Below, piece after piece: positions 58,109-64,000 of a DNA stretch of 64,000 nucleotides. Position 1 is the stretch's first letter. The number at the start of each line of letters is the position of its first letter. The notes below the pieces were generated by a model. The model was not told the origin of the DNA. It ran no database searches and saw only the letters and a list, made by a program, of their open reading frames with translations. The position numbers and the translations under genes were made by a program. This DNA comes from Candidatus Methanomethylicia archaeon (GTDB lineage Archaea > Thermoproteota > Methanomethylicia > Nezhaarchaeales > B40-G2): contig JAPDJI010000020.1 in assembly GCA_029259155.1 (NCBI GenBank), forward strand, positions 67,572-131,571. Reading direction: 5' to 3'.

Positions 58109-58620
58109 GCCTAGGCTACACCTCTCCCTAAACTGTCTGCTAGCCTTACACGGCTAGATAAAGAGCTTACATTGTAAGCCTCGGCTTAACGTAGTACTCT
58201 AAGTTTTTCATTGCGCCCCGCTTTAATAAAGGATTCACCACTAAACTCATCGTGCTGACGATGGATTCATCGTGTCGAGTGCGTCAACGAAAAGCCTCCG
58301 TCAACCCTCTGAGCGGGATACTTCTACCGGGTCGCCTCGTGATGTGAAATTGCCGCAGCCTTAAAGGCCCCGCCCTTCCAACCCCCCTACTCATTGATCA
58401 ACGTTAAATTGAAAGACGACTTAACGACCCAGTCTGAAGGAGGTGTTCAAATAACATAGTCTCCACATGGAAAAACAGTCAACGTACAGCTCACACCTAT
58501 CATCCCAGCGAAAACGCTGAGAGCGGCGGAGGCCAAGTAGTTAATGGAACAGCCTCTAAGCTTCTCAACGAAAGAGGGTTCAAGGCTTAGGTTCTCCATT
58601 GGGAAGCAGTTTCATGGCGT

Positions 58621-59109
58621 TCAGCGTAGTCGAGGTAATTCTTTATGGCTGAGGAGCCTGAAGGAATCAAACCCGCGTTCATCTAGAAACGTTTTAAACT
58701 CCATGTCCATTGTTAAGAGGGGTCCGTCAACCCTCACCGCAGCCGCATAGGCAGCCGCGTCGAAAAGGTCTCTCCAACCCTCCTTAACCACGTCGTAGAT
58801 CACTTTAAGCTCAAGTGACGTCGGTGATAGTACCTCCACCTCTCCACCATGGATCAGAGAGTCGAAGCCTTCCAACACCATGCTTGGAAGCTCCACTAAG
58901 CCTTTCCTCCTCAACTCCTTGAACACCACTCCTTCAAGCTCAGCCAGCAGCGTCGCAGGGTAGTAGAGGTGGAAGCCTTTAAACAGGTCTATGAGTTGTT
59001 GAGCGTCAACACCCTTAACCTGTACCCCTAGGAAGGGTAGAACGTAGCTTGTATCAAGAACTAGGCTTTCCCAGTATTTCCCTTGACAACGACTCGCCAA
59101 CCTCTTCAA
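58621..59109 (-). CDS. vapC: VapC/PIN-domain toxin
   Basis: LVLDTS, LAE, DLFDA..YA.A and LLTMD motifs; true start probably near 59070. Confidence 0.85.
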   Translation of the reverse strand: MKRLASRCQGKYWESLVLDTSYVLPFLGVQVKGVDAQQLIDLFKGFHLYYPATLLAELEGVVFKELRRKGLVELPSMVLEGFDSLIHGGEVEVLSPTSLELKVIYDVVKEGWRDLFDAAAYAAAVRVDGPLLTMDMEFKTFLDERGFDSFRLLSHKELPRLR

Positions 59110-59305
59110 CCTCCTCGAAGCTGACTGAGCTCCAAGCCTTCACCGACCTTAAGAGCCTCTTGACAGGCTTAATGACTATCTCCTCCCCCCTCACGGTTAG
59201 GATGGCTTCATCACCCTCGGAGATCCCTAAACGCTCCACCACCCCCTTGGGCAAGTAGATAGCATACTTCCTACCTACCCTAACAGTCAGATCCACCTGA
59301 CCCAC
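59054..59305 (-). CDS. vapB: AbrB/MazE-type antitoxin
   Basis: VGRKYAIYLPK.V..RLGISEGD.....V....IVIKP; overlaps the PIN gene. Confidence 0.88.
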   Translation of the reverse strand: MGQVDLTVRVGRKYAIYLPKGVVERLGISEGDEAILTVRGEEIVIKPVKRLLRSVKAWSSVSFEEVEEVGESLSREILGKPSS

Positions 59306-59416
59306 CTGACTAGTCAGAACACGAGTTTTATTTAAACCTAGCCTTCGTCAACCCTAGGCTATGCTACATGAAGCGGGGAAGATCGAGCCAGCCTTAACGT
59401 TTGCTTAACTTCATCT

Positions 59417-59689
59417 TCATTGACATGGGTTCTTCCAGGACCTTAAAATGTCATCAGCCTCAGCTAGAAGCTTAGCCACCCTTACGCCCTTCTCGGTTAG
59501 CTTCAAGGACCTCCCAGTCCAGCTATCCACTATTTCAACCAAGCCCTGCTGGCTAAGCATGTAGATAGCGTGGTAGAGCGAGGTATGGTCGATGTTAAGC
59601 TGCATCGGAATGTTGCTTAACGAAGACTCACCACTCCGGTAGAGGTGGACAAGCAACTTAAAACCGCTAACACCAAACTCCTCAACCAA
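59417..59689 (-). CDS. Winged-helix (MarR-like) protein
   Basis: LYHAI..L...GLVEI......LKLTEKG..VAKLL. Confidence 0.7.
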   Translation of the reverse strand: MVEEFGVSGFKLLVHLYRSGESSLSNIPMQLNIDHTSLYHAIYMLSQQGLVEIVDSWTGRSLKLTEKGVRVAKLLAEADDILRSWKNPCQ

Positions 59690-59880
59690 TGCAGGCTTAG
59701 TTTTCCGCGTCCACAGTAATTAAATTTTTTGAATAATACGCTTAAAAAGTAGAATGAAGGTGAACCGGTTTTCCCGGGATATACGGGGAGGGGGCACAGG
59801 TATGTTCAGGTTTTTTATTTAGAACTTCGGCCTGGAGAACCCGCGGTGGCACTGCTCGATGAAGCCTCCAGCCTAGAAGG

Positions 59881-60213
59881 CTAAGCGTTACGAGGCGGGT
59901 GTACATGGCTCACCACCCTTCTCAGCTCTTCAACAAGCTTAACGTACTCTCTTAGCCCCGCCTCGGTGAGCTTCACCTCGGTCCTCGGCCCTAAAGGCGT
60001 GAAAACCTTTCTTTCAACAATGTATCCTTTTCCACGAAGCCTCCTCAAGTGGCTGTCCAAGTCGCCCCAGGATAGGTTCAACGCCTTAGCCAGCTCAGCC
60101 TCAGTCCTAGGGCCGAAGAGGTAGAGCGTCGTAACTATGAGGAAACGCTTAGCGTTCATAAGCTCAGGGTTAAGCTTACCAACACCGTGCCCCTGCTCCT
60201 CGCCCAGAAGCAC
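59881..60213 (-). CDS. MarR/ArsR-like transcriptional regulator
   Basis: LAKALNLSWGDLDSHLRRL...GYI...PRT.V.LT..G. Confidence 0.82.
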   Translation of the reverse strand: MLLGEEQGHGVGKLNPELMNAKRFLIVTTLYLFGPRTEAELAKALNLSWGDLDSHLRRLRGKGYIVERKVFTPLGPRTEVKLTEAGLREYVKLVEELRRVVSHVHPPRNA

Positions 60214-60234
60214 TCCACACCCCTCTCATCCATG

Positions 60235-60864
60235 CTAGAAGAAAAGCTTCCAAGCCTTGTTAACACAGTACACACCGGTTCCACAGTATATGAGCAGCAG
60301 GAGGCCTAGCGATAGAGGCCAAGCCTCAAAGCCCTTTATCAGCGTAGCGTACGCCAATACAGGGCTACTAGCCACCATGGAGACCCCGCACACCAGGAAA
60401 GGCCTTTCAACCTGAAAACCCCTTTTAACATACTCCCTCTCCACGGTGAGGTGTACAGCCAACATGGCTATGCCCAGCGCGAGGAACCAGTCAAGCGTAG
60501 CGTCGAAGGCTGAAGGCATCGGGAGGAGATATATCACCATGAAGGGCAACGCGAAGGATAAAACCCACCTAAAGCCTTCGTGAGGAAGCACCTCACGCCT
60601 CGCAGGCTTAGGCGTTATGCGTAGAAGCAGGTAAACCATGAAGGCGGCGACAACCATCATCACCACCGCGGCCCACGTCCACTCAAACCCCCTCGGCCCT
60701 ATGAAGGTAACAACCAGCCAGTACCCAGTAATCGCCATGCCCCACACGAAGAAGTTCACAGCCGCCATGAACGCGCCCATATACTTCCCAAGCCTATCCG
60801 CGTAGTCAGCAACCCTAGCAACCTCCTCAACCACGTCCACCACCTCCCTGAAACAGCTCGGCAT
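60235..60864 (-). CDS. Hypothetical six-TM membrane protein
   Basis: Six hydrophobic segments; co-oriented with the downstream regulator. Confidence 0.75.
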   Translation of the reverse strand: MPSCFREVVDVVEEVARVADYADRLGKYMGAFMAAVNFFVWGMAITGYWLVVTFIGPRGFEWTWAAVVMMVVAAFMVYLLLRITPKPARREVLPHEGFRWVLSFALPFMVIYLLPMPSAFDATLDWFLALGIAMLAVHLTVEREYVKRGFQVERPFLVCGVSMVASSPVLAYATLIKGFEAWPLSLGLLLLIYCGTGVYCVNKAWKLFF

Positions 60865-60922
60865 AGCAGGTTATAAGGCGTAGAAAAACTCTGAACCTAA
60901 GAGCTTATTGAGCTAAGGCTTA

Positions 60923-60948
60923 AAACACCATGAAAAGAGTGTTGAAAG
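60923..60948 (+). repeat. Solitary degenerate copy of the CRISPR repeat
   Basis: AAACACCATGAAAAGAGTGTTGAAAG matches the array repeat at 21/26 overall and 19/20 over the 3' end; same orientation. Confidence 0.7.
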
Positions 60949-60984
60949 CCGCGTCAAGGACCATACCCAGAGCAAGCTAATCCT

Positions 60985-61165
60985 TTAATTGATGAAGGAG
61001 CTTGTTACTCCATCTAGTGTGACCGCCTCGGCCACGGCTTTAGCTTTGCGGATAAGCCTATTGTCCATGGTAACCAGCTCAGCTTGCTTCTCCATAGGTA
61101 GCTGGTACGCTGAGTAGGAGGAGTGCCATGTAGGGTCGGTCTTCAGCGCCCTTTCAAGCCCCCTT
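60985..61165 (-). pseudogene. Remnant of a PIN-domain gene (C-terminal part)
   Basis: ...SAYQLPMEKQAELVTMDNRLIRKAK resembles the PIN C-terminal LVT.D..L motif; no start or N-terminal DT motif. Confidence 0.4.
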
Positions 61166-61342
61166 TGAAACCAGTTTTATCTGGAATAAGGGGTGTAGTT
61201 CTAGGCAAGATAAAGCTCTTTGTCGCTTGTGAAAGTTCTTTACCAGGTCTGCACCTAGGTACGTGATAAAGTGTCGTCACTTTATTATAGCACTTGTACG
61301 CGGTTAAAGAGAAGAGGCGTGATAGACGAGCGATATTAAGAG

Positions 61343-61938
61343 GTGTCCCTCCTAGAGGGATTGAAGTACCCCTTCTTTCAGTATTTTACTACAAACGTCT
61401 ACCCTCAGGCTAAACAAGATGTAGTGAACGATTTGAAGCGAAGAATCAGCAGGTCGATCGCAAACTTGTGGATCTTCACGGGGATTAAGAGGTTATCCGA
61501 GCTCCCTATTGGTGAAGAAAGAGCTCAACCCGTTCCAATTAAGCTCATTAAAAAGGATCAGATTGAGGACCTCCAGCTTCTCTCAGATGCAAAGAGGCTG
61601 AAGCTTGCAGTAGAGCTAGATGACGAAGTGTTAATTCACGTAGACATCCTAAAGGAGATCGAAAACTGGCTTAAGAGCTCGATAAAGGAGACGCTAATCT
61701 ACATTCCAGCGGAGACGTGTTCCTTGCGTCTAATATTCTAAGGGAGATATTCTCGAAATGTGAGGAATATGTGAAGATCCAAGATCCTTACATCGATGAA
61801 GAAGCGTTTCACGTCCTGCAATATGTCCCCCCTGAAAACAGGATTGAACTCCTCACCGGAATCAAAATCCGGGTGGAGAGGGCAAGTCTAACCGCCCACT
61901 GTCTTATGCCCTTCTCAACCTCGTCGATATGTACCTGA
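61343..61938 (+). pseudogene. Frameshifted, truncated gene with a PLD-like/'I.DPY.D' C-terminal domain
   Basis: ORFs 61343-61741 and 61717-61938 join at IPA.../FLASNILREIFSK..YVKIQDPYID; 3' end runs into an opposite-strand remnant. Confidence 0.5.
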
Positions 61939-62255
61939 AAGCCGTACCTCCGCCTGTACTCCTCTGGAAGCTTCACGTGCGCCGTGAAGGGCAGGATGAG
62001 CAGCTTAAAATCCCCTCTCTTCCTGTGAATCTCTTCAAGTGTGGGGTGCGAGTAGGGAGCGTAGAATCTCTCTAAGAGTTTCATCCCTCCCTCGACGGCC
62101 TTCAACGCTTCGATGGCTCCTGCCAAGACAGGAAACGCACCCCTACACGGTATGAGAAGGCAGTTATAGCCCTGTCCTGCTAGGTCGATCAGGGCCTTCG
62201 CGACTTCAAAACAGCCTGATTAGAAGCTTAATAGATCCTCGGCTTGTGTGCTCAT
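61809..62255 (-). pseudogene. Disrupted hypothetical gene (in-frame TAA at codon 12)
   Basis: MSTQAEDLLSF*SGCFEVAKALID...LLIPCRGAFPVLAGAIEAL continues in frame into ORF 61809-62126. Confidence 0.5.
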
Positions 62256-62376
62256 ATTCTTGAACCCGTGAAGGATAAAGCCGGCTCAAATTATTAACTT
62301 AGCATAGGGCGGAAGGCTCTGGGTAGCGTTCCGTTAGTGCCGATAAGTATTTAAATTATTACCGCTGCGGTAATAT

Positions 62377-63009
62377 TTGAAAATGTCGTACTATGATTTG
62401 TGGGCTGTATTGTGGAGCTGGAGGAGGGAGTTCACGGTAGCCGAGTTCAGGTCCACATTCCCCAGCCCCAGCCCGAATAAGGTCTTACACGACATGGCCA
62501 AGAAAGGGTTTTTGGAGAAGGCGGGCTGGGGCAGGTACAGGGTAAATTCTCCAAGGGAGTATTTAGAGATGAAGTTCAACGTCAAGGATGCGTATGAGTT
62601 GGTCAGAGAGGCCGGAATGGATTATGCGTTCACGGGTCCTGACGCCGTCTTCTTCTGGACCAAGGGAGGATATAACGTTGATCGCTTCTTCGCCTTCTAC
62701 CCGATCCACTTGAAGGTCAAAAAGGGCGATTTGGAGAGATGGGAGGAGTTCTTTGAGTCCAAGGGTAGAACGTTCCACGTGAACGGCGAACCCGTCAGGA
62801 GGACATTGTTCGGAACCTTCTACGTCTTATACCCCGAAGATGAGTTTAGAGTCTATGAAGTCGAGGGCTTCAAGGTAATACCGTTAGATGAGACCATCGA
62901 GTTCTGCAGGAGGAACATCTACAGCTACGAGCCAGCCTTGGAAATGTTAGACGAAATGTACGGCTTAGGGTTAGGCGCCAAGTATAGAGAGGCTGAAACA
63001 AATCTCTAG
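62377..63009 (+). CDS. AbiEi-like antitoxin / wHTH protein of a type IV TA pair
   Basis: N-terminal wHTH (LHDMAKKGFLEK.G.G.Y), YAFTG.DAV..WT.GGY; directly upstream of an NTase. Confidence 0.6.
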   Translation: MKMSYYDLWAVLWSWRREFTVAEFRSTFPSPSPNKVLHDMAKKGFLEKAGWGRYRVNSPREYLEMKFNVKDAYELVREAGMDYAFTGPDAVFFWTKGGYNVDRFFAFYPIHLKVKKGDLERWEEFFESKGRTFHVNGEPVRRTLFGTFYVLYPEDEFRVYEVEGFKVIPLDETIEFCRRNIYSYEPALEMLDEMYGLGLGAKYREAETNL

Positions 63010-63018
63010 TGGTAAGTT

Positions 63019-63720
63019 ATGGCCGCACTCTTCGTAGAGAGGGAGAACGAGATCCTCAAAACCATCAGGGTCTTCGCTGACGCCGGTCTCGATTTCGTGG
63101 TGGTTGGTGGCTACGCCGTCAGCGGTCTTGGGAGGCACAGATTTTCGGTCGACCTCGACGTGGTGATCGACGAGAAGGATCTAGACGCCTTCGCTAAGAT
63201 CCTCGAGGAGAGAGGGTTTGAGAGGAGTATGGAAAGGGCTGGCTTCGACGAGGTCTACGGGGGCAGATTTGTGAGCTACGTCAAGAGGATGGATGGTTTA
63301 CCGGTTACGGCTGACCTCTTGGTCGGAAGCCTAGTTTGCAGAGCTACGGGAGCTTCATGGAGCTACGAGTACATAAGGAGGCATTCAATAGCGACGGAAG
63401 TATCGGGCATAGAGCTACCAGCTAGATGCAGGGTACCTGAGAGGGAGCTCCTCATAGCTCTCAAGATTCACTCAGGGAGAAGGGCCGATTTAAGGGATGT
63501 AATTGTGCTAGTAGAAGGGGCTGATGTTAAGAAGATAGTCAGGCATCTGAGGAGAGGAGATCTGGAGAAGCTCAGAGTCCAGGTAAACAGCATGCTGGAG
63601 ATGCTCAGCGATCCCAGACTCGCGGACTCGCTTAAAAGCGTGTTCACCATACGCAGGGACGTTATAGAGGAAATCGAAAGGACACGTAGAACCTTAGAGA
63701 AGATTCGAGAAGCAATTTAG
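63019..63720 (+). CDS. Nucleotidyltransferase (AbiEii-like toxin)
   Basis: VVVGGYAV, RFSVDLDVV and LIALK...GR..DLRD motifs. Confidence 0.8.
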   Translation: MAALFVERENEILKTIRVFADAGLDFVVVGGYAVSGLGRHRFSVDLDVVIDEKDLDAFAKILEERGFERSMERAGFDEVYGGRFVSYVKRMDGLPVTADLLVGSLVCRATGASWSYEYIRRHSIATEVSGIELPARCRVPERELLIALKIHSGRRADLRDVIVLVEGADVKKIVRHLRRGDLEKLRVQVNSMLEMLSDPRLADSLKSVFTIRRDVIEEIERTRRTLEKIREAI

Positions 63721-64000
63721 GCAAACTCTATCACCTTTTCGACAGCCTCCTCTACCAACCCCCTAACATCGTCACGCTTTAAGTCGGTGGATCTAACCCT
63801 GAAGACCCGCTTCCCTAACTTCTCGTTCAACAAGCTGCAGCCGTACTTTACTGCCGTCCATACTCAGGTACCTGTTTTCGATATTCGTTTCCACCTAGCC
63901 ATCCGTTTGAGCTTCTCAAAAGTCTATCTCTTCTTTCCTGAAGTATAGGATCGCAAAGGCATCGACGAAGGACCACTCGGACATGCAGCTTACTATGCAG
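63717..64000 (-). pseudogene. 3' part of a frameshifted gene (window edge)
   Basis: Protein-like CMSEWSFVDAFAILYF...IDF / EKLKRMARWKRISKTG / VWTAVKYG...VEEAVEKVIEFA* needs frame changes or stop read-through to join. Confidence 0.4.

Noticed and set aside
58408-58415. ATTGAAAG, resembling a CRISPR repeat 3' handle
   Set aside because: Upstream bases do not resemble the array repeat; an 8-mer is expected by chance
58461-58476. CTCCACATGGAAAAAC, resembling an ORB element
   Set aside because: Single copy, spacing one base off the TCCA-N2-GGAAA consensus, no G-string, far from cdc6
58832-58842. 11-nt match of the spacer 5' end (GAGGTGGAGGT) to the vapC coding strand
   Set aside because: Short, low-complexity Glu-Val codon sequence expected by chance; no obvious PAM
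592-63650. Numerous 60-170 aa ORFs antisense to or nested in recognised genes (e.g. 13251-13763, 33765-34271, 36602-37081, 49389-49889)
   Set aside because: S/L/A-rich shadow frames of well-conserved genes with no motifs of their own

Overview
Archaeal (TACK/Thermoproteota-type; inferred from TFB, TFE-beta/Rpc34-like, L13e, Gins23, fibrillarin/Nop5 and BHB-type tRNA introns) chromosomal window. About 1-55 kb is dense core genome: tRNA/rRNA processing and modification (trm1, rlmE, gar1, trm11, rnz, cca, thpR, flpA, nop5), replication (mcm, GINS, hel308, rfcS/L, cdc6), Moco synthesis (moaA, moaB, frameshifted moaC), an iron/corrinoid-type ABC importer, a stand-alone CobN/BchH chelatase and seven radical SAM enzymes. 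Non-coding features read directly from the sequence are a tRNA-Pro(GGG) with two BHB introns (37/38 and 59/60), at least three box C/D guide RNAs (one predicted to methylate C34 of tRNA-Leu(CAA), with a second degenerate copy 1.5 kb away) and a palindromic operator whose half-site recurs at the chelatase promoter. From about 56 kb the window becomes accessory. It holds an orphan two-repeat CRISPR mini-array, a lone degenerate repeat 4.4 kb downstream, VapBC and AbiE-like toxin-antitoxin modules and several pseudogenes. The mini-array spacer shares a 16-nt exact match with a solo cas4-like gene 31 kb away. All assignments come from motif recognition by eye; no database searches were run.
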